A stretch of DNA of 64,000 nucleotides from Octopus sinensis (lineage: Eukaryota). This document shows, piece by piece, positions 43,101 to 56,300 of this stretch; position 1 is the first letter of the stretch, and each line of letters begins with the position of its first letter. The notes beneath the pieces were generated by a model that was given only the letters and a program-made list of their open reading frames with translations, searched no databases and was not told the origin of the DNA. The stretch spans positions 95,046,001-95,110,000 of the forward strand of contig NC_042997.1 of the NCBI RefSeq assembly GCF_006345805.1, written 5' to 3'. The translations under genes were made by a program, and so were the position numbers.

Positions 43101-45251
43101 ATATGCAAAATTCAGTATCACTATCACAAATCAAACATTCTATGCAACACTCCCAGTATTCATAAAACGAAGCAAATATTTCTTCAAATATAATCCCATA
43201 GACAAATAAAATCCAGATAAGAGCGAGAAAACAAACAAGCAGAAAAACTGGAAAACGAAATATCTATCACTCATTTAGTTAATCAACAAGCAAAAACAAC
43301 AGCATCGGAAAACTAGAAATCATTACGGAAGCAAAAAATAATACAAAAAGAATATTCGAAATCAAAGAACGAATAAAAGACGAAATACTCGATAAATCGA
43401 AAACAACTATAAAAAATCAACAATGTTTATGTCAACAATGCAAACAGCTTAAACGTTAATCAAAAACGATTTTTATCAATAGACAGTTTAGAAAAAAAGT
43501 AAAAAGCAGATAAATATAACACGTTGAACAAATGATGGAGAAGATTATGCAGTGCAAGGTAATCGTAATGTGTAAGATTTTACTTTAAAAATGAGTTCAG
43601 CAAATGAACAATCGTGGCAATAAATAACAATACAAGAAATACCTGAGGAGTTTCAAAATATAAACCCATAGAATATCAAAGGAAGTGATATATATTTCAA
43701 CTGGCACTCACAAAGCTATTGAAGGACGTTAATTTTTTTGAATTAACAAGAGTCATCACTTGAATGTATTCATTATTATAAGGAATGTTGCTGCTATATA
43801 CAACTGAAAAAAATATACCTCAAATTATAGAGTCATACCTTACATCCTTACAATAGAATAGCTGCAATAATCTATCAAAAGATAAATGCTTACATGAAAG
43901 AAAAAATCTTTTAATTGCATACAACGAGATGGGATATTTTTATGATGGCGATGATCAATTATTGATAATTAAAGTTAAACAAAATGTAGAGAAGAAAAAG
44001 GGGTCGGAGAATAGCATAAATTGTAAACTTTGTTCTACCAGTGGTGTTTGGAAACAACAGCGTCACTTCCAATATAATACATCAAACATTCTTTCTCTTT
44101 TTTTTTACTCTAGGTACAAGGCCCGAAATTTTTGGGGAGGGGCGGTCGATCTAAAGAATGTCTGGCCTTGTGCCTAGAAAAGAAAATATAATACATCAAA
44201 CATTGCCTGAATATAGGGCTACAACTTCTTAAGTTACAAAGAGAATGTAACAATAAAAAACAAAATGAATTTGTTTTAGGAAAAAAAGGTTTGAAGTAAA
44301 TTTGGGCTAAGGTCAAAATATGTACCTAAAATAATAAACTATACTGGATTCGAATGAAAAGGAAAATTATGCTGTGATGGTGTGGGGGGCCTCTGTTCTA
44401 ACATGTAAATGCTAAACAACTAGAAACAATTAACTTGCCGTGCATTCAGCAGTGTAACTGATATGATGTTCACTACTGAAAAATTGAGTAGAAGAATCTC
44501 ATAAGAACAGTAATCGGTGATAGATAAAGAAACCGAGATGAGTTTCTTTAAGAGATGAAACTAATAACACCAAAGTATATAGAATAAAGGCACCGAGATT
44601 ATAGAGATAGACAAAACACAAGATAATTAGTAAGAAATAAATTATCTAAATAACGTACACCATACACAAATGACAGAAAAACAGAGAAAGAATATTATTG
44701 CATTAATTCTTGAATAGAACTAGGTAAAAACAAATGGAGAAATATTCTGGCTGTTTCAGTATAAAGATATAGTTATGATATTCTCAAATGAAACTCCAGC
44801 GAATTATCAAGATGAGACAAGAAAGCAAGTACATTAAATTCTACACTTTGAATATAATGCCTTAAAGCTACATTAATATATTTAGTATGATAACTGTAAA
44901 TTTCCTTTGCAAATACGAAAACAAATATACAGATATTATCAACAATAGGAACACAAACATATTGAGTAGAGAATTAAAAAAAAATGATGTACATAGATTA
45001 AAAAATAAAAGTATTGAAAAACAAACAATTATTTTCGTCTTCAACCAACGTATCAAATATAAAACAGGGCGTGAAAGGACTGGGAAGAAAAAATGTAATA
45101 TGTATAAAACAACTAAAAATTCAAAGAAATGACGTTAATGTGTTGAAAAGAGCTCATTACTCGGTAAATACTGCTGAAATTGAGTAAAACGGTTGATAAT
45201 AATGAAAATATCGACGAATTGTTGAGAAGAAATTCTGCTGTCGTGTAAATA

Positions 45252-46512
45252 CGAGGGTCGCTCAATAAGTAATGCCCCTGACCCACTTGCAGTTGTTTGA
45301 TCTAGTGCATGTGCACTTATTTATACCTCTATAGATTAAGTGGTGAATTGCAGCTCTGAACTAATTGTGGTTTCTGATTTACAGGTGTTTGAACTGAGTC
45401 AAGTGTGAAATGGAGCCTGTTGAGTGTCGAGCAGTGATCTGGTTTTTGTATTTGAAAGGACGCACACCACGGGAGACTTTTGATGAAATGAAAGTAACTT
45501 ATGGTGATGATGCCCCATCATATGACCTAGTAAAACGCTGGCATTGTGAATTCAAACATAGTCGGAACTCTGTTGAAACAGCTCCCAGAACTGGTCGCCC
45601 CCTTCTGCCATTGATGAGACGTCTGTCCGTCAAGTTGAGGCTGCCATTTTGGAAGGTCAACGCATAACTATTCGCCAAATAGCCCATGAGGTCAAGATTA
45701 GTACCGGGTCTGTGGAAACTATCATTCATGACCATTTGCATATGCAAAAGGTGTCTGCCAGATGGATTTCCAGGTTGCTCACACCTTTCCAGAAGCAAGA
45801 ACGCGTTGAGTGCTCGAGGATGAATTTGGAGATGTGCCAAGAAGATGAGTCAAAATTTTTCAAAAGACTGATCACACAAGATAAAACCTGGGTCCATCAC
45901 TATGATCCATAGACCAAAGCCCAGTCAATGCAGTGAAAGCACCGTGACTCACCTCCTCCATAGAAGGAAAGGGTGCAGCCCTCCGCTGACAAGGTTATGC
46001 TCACAGTCTTCTGGGACCAGGACGGAGTAGTGATGACAGATTTCCTGGCAAAGGGTACCACAATTACAGGAGCCTATTATGCTTCCCTTTTGAGGAAATT
46101 AAGAGAAGCTATCCAAATCAAGAGGCGGGGCAAGATCAGCAAAGGCATCCTCCTCCTGCAGCACAACACTCCGGTCCACAACTCGCGTGTCGCCAGATCA
46201 GAAGCACAGGCGTGCAGCTATGAACTCCTCCCCTTGCACCCTCTGATTTTCACTTCTTCCCAGGCATGAAGTTGATTTTGAAAGGAAAGCGTTTCCCAGA
46301 TGATGCAGCCTTGATTTCTGAAGTCAGGTCGTGGTTGGAGGACCAAGCTGGGGTCTTCTACAAAAACGGTCTCCAGAGCTGTATCAAACGATGGGAGAAA
46401 TGCATAACTCTGGGTAGTTCCTATGTAGGAAAAGACTAATTACTGTGCCAAGTGTCGTTGCTCTACTGCTATGGGAAGTGGGTCAGGGGCATTACTTATT
46501 GAACGCCCCTCG
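45252..46512 (+). mobile_element. Full-length mariner transposon (irritans/Himar-like), inactive
   Basis: About 37-bp TIRs CGAGGGTCGCTCAATAAGTAATGCCCCTGACCCACTT with 2 mismatches, and TA duplications at 45250-51 and 46513-14. Confidence 0.96.
45410..46439 (+). pseudogene. Mariner transposase pseudogene
   Basis: HTH region (RAVIWFLYLKG...PRTGRP), ARWISRLLT, ITQDKTWVHHYDP, KVMLTVFWD, LLQHNTPVH, LAPSDFHFF, RWEKCI. Has frameshifts, stops and a deletion of the PYSPD motif. Confidence 0.95.
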
Positions 46513-47015
46513 TAGATCTGTTTGACATTTTAAGTCACATCACAGTCAGTGGGAAGACGTGTGGCAATGTAAGTGTACTGTTTAAAACAGAATGCCACGT
46601 TAAACTATATTTAATACAAGTGCCAATATGCAAATCGCCTAGCGTTTAGTATGTAGGACCACGAGGGACAGTTTCAGTGTCATCAACAACAATGTCGCCT
46701 ATTGAGTAGTAGTCAAATTTGTGACATAGTATAAGAAGGTGCTCAGTGTAGACAAAAATTGGAGTTACAACTGTAAGTGTAAGACATAGCAGTTCTCATG
46801 ACCCGTAACGTCACAGAGCAACAGCGTAGCTGCACCACGTAGGGAGTATTGTAAGCAATAAACCTTTAAAGTTTCTAACTGAAGTCAGATGGCCTAGCTT
46901 CTAAGGTTGCAGTAACAGTTTAGAAGCTTAAAAGGAAACACAACTACACAAATTATGACGTTGTTGAGGCTCAGTTCTAAAGAGACGAGTGAAACTTACA
47001 AGTAGCCTCTGTATA

Positions 47016-47058
<43 letters not shown>

Positions 47059-47239
47059 TATTATATATATATATAATATATATATATATATAATTATATA
47101 TATATAATATATATATGTGTGTGTGTGTGTGTGTGTTTGTGTGTATATATATGTATGTATGTATACGTATATATATATATGTATGTATATGTATGTATAT
47201 ATACTAATATATGTACATATAAATATATATGTATATTTA

Positions 47240-47292
<53 letters not shown>

Positions 47293-47293
47293 T

Positions 47294-47357
<64 letters not shown>

Positions 47358-47367
47358 AACTCTTATT

Positions 47368-48100
47368 ATCTTATGATAAAAGGCAGATTTTCTCTTTCTG
47401 TGACTATGTTTGTTTTTAATACAATTGTAGAATATAGAATTTCTTCAATTGGAATTTACCTATGATTTTTCGAAGTAGATTCGATTGGGTCATGTCATAT
47501 AATTTTTTTTCAATTTGACCCCCAATTAAGCAAACATTCGAGAAAACTAAATATTTTACGATTTACCTCTCTCATTTCAACTGCTTCACTCTTCTATTAT
47601 CACACTTTCTCCTACTTCCTCTTTGCAAGTGTACCTTAAACCACTACTCAAAAAAAAAATACAGAGGAAACAGAAACAAATAAATACATAACGATTTACT
47701 CCTCACACAATTTCTTAAATAGGAATTTACCTATGATTTTTCGAAGTACATTCCATTGGGTCATGGCATATAAATTTCTTTCAATTTCACCACCAATTAA
47801 GCAAAAATTCGAGAAAACTCAATATTTTTCGATTTCCCTCTCTCATTTCAAATGCTTTACTCCTTCTATTACCACACTTTCTCCTACTTTCTCTTTGCAA
47901 GTTTACTTTAAACCACTACTCAAAAAAATACAGACGGGAAACAGAGACAAAAATTAATACATAACGATTTACTCCTCACACACTCATAGACACTCAAACA
48001 TATACATATACTTTCTCTTTGTAAACCACTCCTAAACAAAAAAAAACAGAGGAAACAGAAACAAATAAATACATAACGATTTACTCCTCACACACACACA
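47368..48100 (+). repeat. About 270-bp diverged tandem duplication (47450-47710 and 47722-47985, plus a partial third), possibly inside a Helitron-like element
   Basis: GGAATTTACCTATGATTTTTCGAAGTA...ACATAACGATTTACTCCTCACAC is repeated. The upstream TCTTATGATAAAAGGCAG resembles a Helitron 5' end. Confidence 0.7.
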
Positions 48101-48846
48101 CATAGACACGCAAGCATATACATATATGACAGTGACAAACACAAACGTTTCAAACAACTACATACAAACACTCAAACACACACACACACATGTGTGTTTG
48201 TTATTAGTAAAAAAGGCGCCAAACACAATTCATTTTCTCATTCGAACACATTTGCAAACACACACCAACAATTCACTGACATATAGTGAGCAGATGCTAG
48301 CCGCTCACATTATGAGTTACACTATCACACCAGTTGTACTGGGACTGTTGTCTACTTCCCGTTAGTTTTTAGTGTCGAGGAAACAAAACCTTCTCGGGAA
48401 AGAACAAAAAAAGCACTCCTAGATTTCACAAAGGACTTTAAGAAACTTTAAGATATGAAGTATGTTCAGTTGAAGAAAAGAGACGGATTTAAGGAAATCA
48501 GACGGTCGAATTGCCATGATAACTCAACAGAAAAGGTAAATTGGTTTTTAATTTACTTTCTGTCGCTAAGTTTTCGTAGTATTATTTTGCGAGCGTACTT
48601 CAGTTGTCAATTGTTGAAAGAAAGAAATTGTAAGCTAAGAAGGTGTGTGTGTGTGTGTGTGCGTGCATGTATGTGTGTGTGTGTGTGTGTGTGTCTGTGT
48701 GTGTGTGTGTGAGTGTGTGTGTGTGTGTAGGAAGCGAAGGATAAAAATATGGCAAGAGGTGGAGAGATGTACATATATACACACATACATCCATACATAC
48801 ATACATGTGTGTGTGTGTATGTATGTGTATTAATGTGTGTGTGTTA

Positions 48847-49237
48847 TCTTTCTCTATATAAAGCTGAAGTTGTCTGTGTGCGCCAGGTTTGGTAGCCTTC
48901 AACTAATACTATCTCCTCCGAGACCCTGCGGCGCAAGTTGACCAAAATTGAGAGTATGATAGAAGAAGGGTTGCTCTTCCTTCCGTAGAAGATAAAATTC
49001 AAATCGGACCATGTTAACTCCAAACATTATTTACATCAAAAGGGGGCTTTTTTCTATGAAAATCCCTATTTTTTACGATTTTTTCACTGCTGTGTCGCCA
49101 CTTTTCGGAGTATTTCAACCAGAAAAATGTTCACTTGAAGAGAATATCAATCTACAAAATGCAAAAGTTTTACTTTTCAAAAATTGCAATTCCAGCGGGT
49201 CGAAACAAACCCGAGCAACGCCAGGCGATACTGCTAG
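48847..49237 (+). mobile_element. Non-autonomous Helitron
   Basis: 5' A|TC...TCTATATAAAG. 3' GC hairpin CCCGAGCAACGCCAGG followed by CTAG|T, consistent with insertion between A and T with no TSD. Confidence 0.8.
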
Positions 49238-49387
49238 TAGATATAACCGGGTGGTAGGCTAGCGTTGCTTGGGATTGGGAGTGGAATAATGTAGTAGAAT
49301 GGCAGACATCGGGAATGGACGTGGATTGCTACGAATTGTTTGTTGGGACTGCCGGGATAGACTAAAACTCATAAATACATATAATAA

Positions 49388-51592
49388 TTTATCATGGTAG
49401 TTTTATTAAAGAATCCATTCATAATTTTTTTAAGTAGTGTTGATTTGCCGCGTGAATATAGTTTTTAATTCCATTTATTCTATTTCTCCATTCATAATTT
49501 TAAATGACGTTTGCTTCCATAGCGCGTTTTCTTTTTATACATAAGTTATGTTCCTATGGTAACGTAATTTTGGTTTGATTTTTTTAACGGCTTAGAATTT
49601 AATTTCACTTCATAATTTGAAACTGACTTGAAAGTATGTATATTATTTCTCCTTATGTCATATTGTTATTTTTGATATTCTGGTTAATTACGATGTATTT
49701 TATATATCGTTTATGTGTAATAATGTTGTTTTTCTTTGGAGTGTTTATGTATGTGAGATTGTGTGTGAGTGTGTGCGTATTTTGGTTGTATAATTTGTTT
49801 ATCTGTATGAGTGTGGGTGTGTAAATATTGTTGTATATATCGGGTTTGGTGAGTATGTATATGCGTATATGTGAGGGAGTGTATGTATGTGTTGTGTGTG
49901 TGTGTTTTGCGTATGTGTGTTTGTGTGTGAATGTGTATATGGGTTTGTTATATAGGTTTGGGGATGTATGTGTTAATTTGTCTGTGTGGGGAGGGAGTGG
50001 GTTTTTGGTGTATATTGAGGTTTATACGTTAGTATAGGTATGTGTGAGTGAGGTGGGTATTTGTATAAGTCGTGGGTCTGTAGTTTACGTGTGTGTATTT
50101 GTGTGTGAATGTTTAGGTTAGGGGGATTGCTATATAGGTTTGTTATAGAGTTTAGCAAAGGGAGATTTTATCATTATATGTTTTTGTGAGTTTTGGTTTA
50201 TCATGGTAGTTTTATTAAGGAATTCGTAGTAATTTGTCTATTTACGATGTGTGTTGTTTTGTTGCATTGTTTCATTCATAATTTTTGAGTGGTGTTCGTT
50301 TTACCACGTGAATATTATTTTTAATTCCATTTATTCCATTTCTCCATTCATAATTTTAAAAGATGTTCGTTTCCAGAGCGGGAATATTTTTTATACATAT
50401 GTTAGGTTCTTGGTAACGTAATTTTGTTTGGTTTATATGTTGAGGCTTATATGTACTTGTGGGTGTGTGAGTGGGGTGGGTGTTTGTATTTGTTATGGGT
50501 GTGTGGTTTACGTGTGTGTATTTGTGTGTGAATGTATAGGTTAAAGGGTTTGCTATATAAGTATGTTATAGGGTTTAGTAAAGGGAGGTTTTATCATTTA
50601 TGTTTTTATGAGTTTTAATTTATCATGGTAGTTTTATTAAAGAATCCATTCATAATTTTTTAAAATAATGTTAGTTTACCGCGTGAATATAATTTTTAAT
50701 TCCATTTATTCTATTTCTCCATTCATAATTTTAAGTGACGTTTGCTTCCATAGCGCGTATTCTTTTTATACATAAGTTATGTTCCTATGGTAACGTAATC
50801 TTGGTTTGATGTTTTTTAACGGCTTAGAATTTAATTTCACTTCATAATTTGAAACTGACTTGAAAGTATGTATATTATTTCTCCTTATGTCATATTGTTA
50901 TTTTTGATATTCTGGTTACTTACGATGTATTTTATATATCGTATTATGTGTAATAATGTTGTTTTTCTTTGGAGTGTTTATGTATGTGGGATTGTGTGTG
51001 AGTGTGTGCGTATTTTGGTTCTGTAGTTTATTTATCTGTGTGAGTGTGGGTGTGTTAATATTGTTGTATATATCGAGTTTAGTGAGTATGTATATGTATA
51101 TGGTGTGTGTTTTACGTATGTATATTTGTGTGTGAATGTGTTTATGGGTTTGCTATATAGGTTTGGGGATGTATGTGTTTATTTGTCTGTGTGGGGTTGA
51201 GTGGGTTTTTGGAGTGTATGTTGAGGTTTATATGTATGTATAGGTATGTGTGAGTGAGGTGGGTATTTGTATATGTCGTGTGTGTGTGGTTTACGTGTGT
51301 GTATTTGTGTGTGAATGTTTAGGTTAGGGGGATTGCTATATAGGTATGTTATAGAGTTTAGTAAAGGGAGATTTTATCATTATATGTTTTTGTGAGTTTT
51401 GGTTTGTCATGGTAGTTTTATTAAGGAATTCGTAGTAATTTGTGTCTATTTGCGATGTCTGTTGTTTTATTGCATTGTTTCATTCATAATTTTTAAGTAG
51501 TGTTCGTTTTACCAAGTGAATATAATTTTTAATTCCATTTATTCCATTTCTCCATTCATAATTTTAAATGATGTCCGTTTCTAGAGCGGGAA
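49388..51592. repeat. About 1.23-kb GT-skewed tandem duplication with internal sub-repeats
   Basis: TTTATCATGGTAGTTTTATTAAAGAATCCATTC occurs at 49388 and 50619. The sub-motif TTCCATTTATTC.ATTTCTCCATTCATAATTTTAA occurs four times. Confidence 0.9.
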
Positions 51593-51992
51593 TGTGGGTT
51601 GTATGTGTGTGTGAGGGAGTATGAATAAGTATTGTGTTGAAGTATTTGGCTATTTTATTTATTTATCGTTGCCTAGACGTTTTTATGTGTATGTATAGGG
51701 ATATATATATAGGTGTGTGATTTAGTGTATGTATTTAGATATGGTTATATATAATTAGGTATATGTGTATGGGTGTATATATAGTTTATTTTTTGTTTTG
51801 TTTTATATTTTATATTTTATATTTAATTGTTGAAAGGTTTATTTTAGTTTATATATTGTTTATATATTGATTATATATGGATTATATATAGGTTATATAT
51901 AGATTATATATTTATATTTTTTCATTAATACTTTAATTATTTTAAAATTATTATTTTTATATTTTAAAATATTGATATTTTAGATTGGAAGT

Positions 51993-52035
51993 CCACCTGA
52001 AGATTGTCGGTTAGGACAAGAAACAATTGTAGTGG
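51993..52035 (+). ncRNA. Type I hammerhead ribozyme, intact core
   Basis: CCAC-CTGAAGA-TTGTC(GGTTAG)GACAA-GAAA-CAATTG-TA-GTGG. Palindromic stem III ACAATTGT, GUA cleavage site. Confidence 0.88.
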
Positions 52036-52722
52036 CGGTTTTTTTGACTTTTTATTAAAATTTTATGTATTGATTAAGTCTTTCCTTGTTTGTTTTGCAA
52101 AATAGTGGTTTTGTCTCTAATAATATTATATATATATATATATATATACACACACATATATATATATATATGTATGTATGTATATATATATTATAATCCT
52201 GGCTATCGCCTCGTTAACACACTATGTGGGATCGTGGATAGCTGTACTGTTCTAAAATCAAAATGTAATACGCAAGCCTTCGAATCTTATACAGCTGAGC
52301 ACTCCAACATTCCTATGTAACATGCAGTAGAGTGAGCAATTCATTTGATCGATCCTGACTCCAAATTATGACATCTGAAGAAGCTAATAGGATTATTGTT
52401 AGATATTTCCATATATTCTGGCATGTAATAAATAACTTTGTATGAATTGCATAACATTGTATGAGATAGGAAATAGATCAAACTCCGTTTATGGAAACAA
52501 TTGTAATGTTAATTAGCTTCCTCCTTTTCTCATTTAAATGTTTACGGTTATGTATATATATGCAGATGTGTGTGTGTATGTATGTATGTATGTGTATATT
52601 TATGCATGCATGCACGCATGTATGTACTTATGTTATATGTAAGTATGCTTGTATGTATTCATATACGCATGAGCATACTCGGTCGCGTGGCTGTACGTAT
52701 TTGTATGTATGTATGTATGTAT

Positions 52723-53281
52723 GTCAGGTCACTTTCGAGTGCTATTGGTAACATGTAACCCAGCACAACATGTTGCATGGTCGGGTCCTCGGCGACTAAA
52801 CCGGCAACCCCACAAAGCTTGCTTGGTGAGGAGATTGTTTATTGTACACCCTTCGGGATGAAAAACTTAACCCGTCAAAGGTCAGAGGAACTCTTGAGAG
52901 TCAACGGCCATCCAATAAATGTATTAAGGCTGTATCATGCGCGGGGACATAGAAATAATCGGACTGAATACTGAATACCCGATTGCGCTGTTAAACCATT
53001 GGGAGTGAAGGACTCCTAGCCTTTGTTAGGGCATCCTTCTAGGGGAAGGTAACTCAGTTACCTGGGATAACTCCGACATAAAACCTGCAGCTGAGTGGTT
53101 ACCGATGATGTTGACTTGTTCTTCGTTTCGGATTTTGCCTACTGTTGCTTAGTGAGTGGGATTGAATCAGTGCACAACCTTTCTTCACTTTAAAAAAATC
53201 TTCTTGCACAGGCATTGCACGATAAAAACATTGATTAAACTTCGTGCATTTGCCACACTCGATAACGAGGGGGCACCCAGC
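52723..53281 (+). mobile_element. About 560-bp non-autonomous element sharing its 5' end with the RTE LINE, embedded in (TATG)n
   Basis: The first about 200 bp align with 35459 onward (GTCAGGTCACTTTCGAGTGCTA...). No coding capacity. (TATG)n on both sides. Confidence 0.8.
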
Positions 53282-53288
53282 ATGTATG

Positions 53289-53322
<34 letters not shown>

Positions 53323-56300
53323 TGTATGTATGTATGTATGTATGTATGTATGTAGGTAGGTATGTATGTATGTATGTATGTATGTATGTATGTATGTATG
53401 TATGTATGTATATATATATATATATATATATATAACGTATTCCAGTAAATAAATAAACATTAAATACTGACTAGACAGTAAGATGAAATATTCGAGCTTC
53501 TTTCCACATATACTGCATAGAGCCGCTGCGGGTATAGACATACCTGTCTCGTCCTAATAATAATGATGGCACGTTTTAATGCGACTGGAGCACTATCACA
53601 AACTGCGAACAGTGACTCGAGCACATATTATACGATTCCATAATATCTGTTTGTGATGTTTTATTGCAATTATCTGATCTGAATATCTCGATCCAAAGCA
53701 GATGTTCCAGTTTCAATATGATTTTCCTCGTTTTTTGGAACTTTCTAACAATTATTTCGTTAAACTCTTTATATCCTTTTTCATTGAATTTGTGAAGATT
53801 ATTTTGTAAGTTCTGAAGTGGGTATTACCTATTGTAAGTAAACTTAAAGTAACTGGTTATGGTTCCATACAGATAAAATAATGTTTCTGTGAATGAGGAA
53901 GTAATGAATTACAAACTTCAAGATAACTACACCAAAGAATAATCATTAGATAAGGGGAAAACATTACACATATTATGATTAAAAAATGACAAGTCCATGC
54001 TCATTAACATATAGCTCTCTAAAAGCGAAAACAAATTAAGTTAAAAAGCTATGTAGTTTACGCACTATGTCGAAAATCGATAGGAAAAACTGAGAAGTTT
54101 ATAGGCAAACATCAAACTATTCCGATCTTTAAAGCAGATGACATACTGTCAAAAACTGAATCTGAAACTGGGAAAAGTTAGAAATAGGAAACAAAGCCAG
54201 CGCTTTTTGGAATACTTACTATTATAAAGAATTACCAATTGACTTCATTTTAGTTAAGATAAAAGTAAGAAATGATATGTCGTACGTTATGGCTCAAACC
54301 GACTCAAACGTTCTAATATAAGTTTATATACTCATTTCACTTATTCCTTAAAATCTTTCTTTTAACATAGAAAGAAAAGAAAAACAAGAAAACATTTAAA
54401 GATGACTTTCGAAATATTTTCAAGTTGGAAGTAAAATATATAAAATGCCATGCGAATTACGATTCGTGAATTATTGATATTAATTATTTTAAACATTTGC
54501 ATATTCATGCTGTGTTTTCTGCTTATTTTTGTTTCATATATACAATATACGAAGAGAAAAGTGAAAACAAAAAAATATATGTATTTTTCTTAATTTAAAA
54601 TAGAGAAACTATACTTTTAAATTTAATAACTGTCTTCAGTTTTCGCTCAATAGCAGAAATATTGTTATAATGCAAAAATTCACTGTTTTGTCGATAACTT
54701 TGTTTCCTTGATATCACTCGTAAATCAATATTGCTCGATATAGGTATATCATGGAATTAACAGTTCAACCAAATTCATTATTTAGTTATACATATATTTA
54801 GATCCATATAACAAGTATCGAATTGAAAATTATTTCCTACGCAGCTGTTAGTTTAGGCCCTAAACAACATTTGTTTCAAGTCATAAACGCGTCGGTAAAC
54901 ATAAACTTACTTAGAACGTAATTGTATTCAAGCTTTGTCCCATATCAGATTAACATTGCTTTCAAAGCCTCTAGAAATGACTTCTGACACGAGCACAAAA
55001 TATAAAAGTGGGGCGAAACAAAGAGCAGATTATATAAACCTTAGTATTTAGGATGGCATTATATTTCTTCCCACTGAAGGATAACAATCAAGCTCTATAG
55101 GTTAAAAAAGAAAATAAGAAGAATGTAATTCACCCCTGTTGGAGGGATGAAAAACAAAACAGATAGCAGTTAAATTTAAGTTCAAATTCTTATGACACTG
55201 AAATAAACATAGAATTTGTCCCGAACTTAAATATTTCTGACAATATATCATCCTTCGTTGCGCTACTGAAAAAAGCAAAAAAACTTCTAACTACTAAAAG
55301 TATCTTACTGGCATGAAATTTAAATAGATTTGCTTTATCAATGTTCAAATCACTAAGGTACCTATCGGTCAGTTGCAGGCATTTGAAATAGGACTTGTCT
55401 ATCACTATGCTGGGGCAATGACTTCTTGATTCGGTTTTGCTGCTGCAACTTAGGGGCGCTGAAGCTAACCACAGGAAACAAAATAAAAACAATGAAAGAA
55501 GTTGTCTGCGAATATATTTAGAAAACTATGTGCACACATGTCCCTCTCTCCCTTTGTCTTACGTTATTTGTGATCTTTCTATTTATTTTTATATTTTCTA
55601 ATCTATATATATTTCTCTGTCTGTCTCCTTTCCTCTCCCTCTGTCTCCTTCTCTCTTTCTCTCGCTTGCTCTCTCTTTTCTCTCTCTCTCTGTCTTTGTA
55701 TATATATATTTACAAACACACACACACGCACACACACACATATACATACATAACGTATTTATTCATATATGTGTGCTTTGTAAAATGCTATCTCTATACG
55801 ATAGGGTGCCAAAACCCTGATCACGTGGTTGTCCATTAGTTTATAATGCTTTAGTGGAGTACTCTATTTTTTCCTTTGATGGATTACTTTGATAAAAATT
55901 ATGTTTTTGAAATTCGTATGGACGGCGATAGACATGGCGTTCGTCTTGACGCATTTATCAAGTCATAATTTAAATGCGAGAGTTAAAGAGATTTGTGAAA
56001 TAAATAAAATTTTACAAGAGGCAGACGAAAATTAAATTAACCATTTTGTCTATTTCCGATATCTGATAATGAACTGTGTTAATTCAAATAAGAAATCGCT
56101 GAAAAATATAGAGCTAATTTTGTCTGCAGTTTTCTTTTGAAGCAGCAGTGTACTATTCCGTTGTTGGAGTAAAAAAAATGTTTTAGTATTTATCCTGATT
56201 TATCTACCTAACGGTGATATAAAGGGGATTCTGCATAATATTATGAATCTAAAATCGGTCATGTATAACGCTATGATGCTGAAAAGAACAAGCTTCACTA

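Noticed and set aside
43200-45240. A-rich tract suggestive of an ancient L1/Tx1-like LINE
   Set aside because: No unambiguous APE or RT motif is recoverable by eye. It needs a profile-HMM search.
46560-46949. Possible solo LTR (TG...CA, TATAAG, AATAAA)
   Set aside because: No target-site duplication and no second copy in the window.
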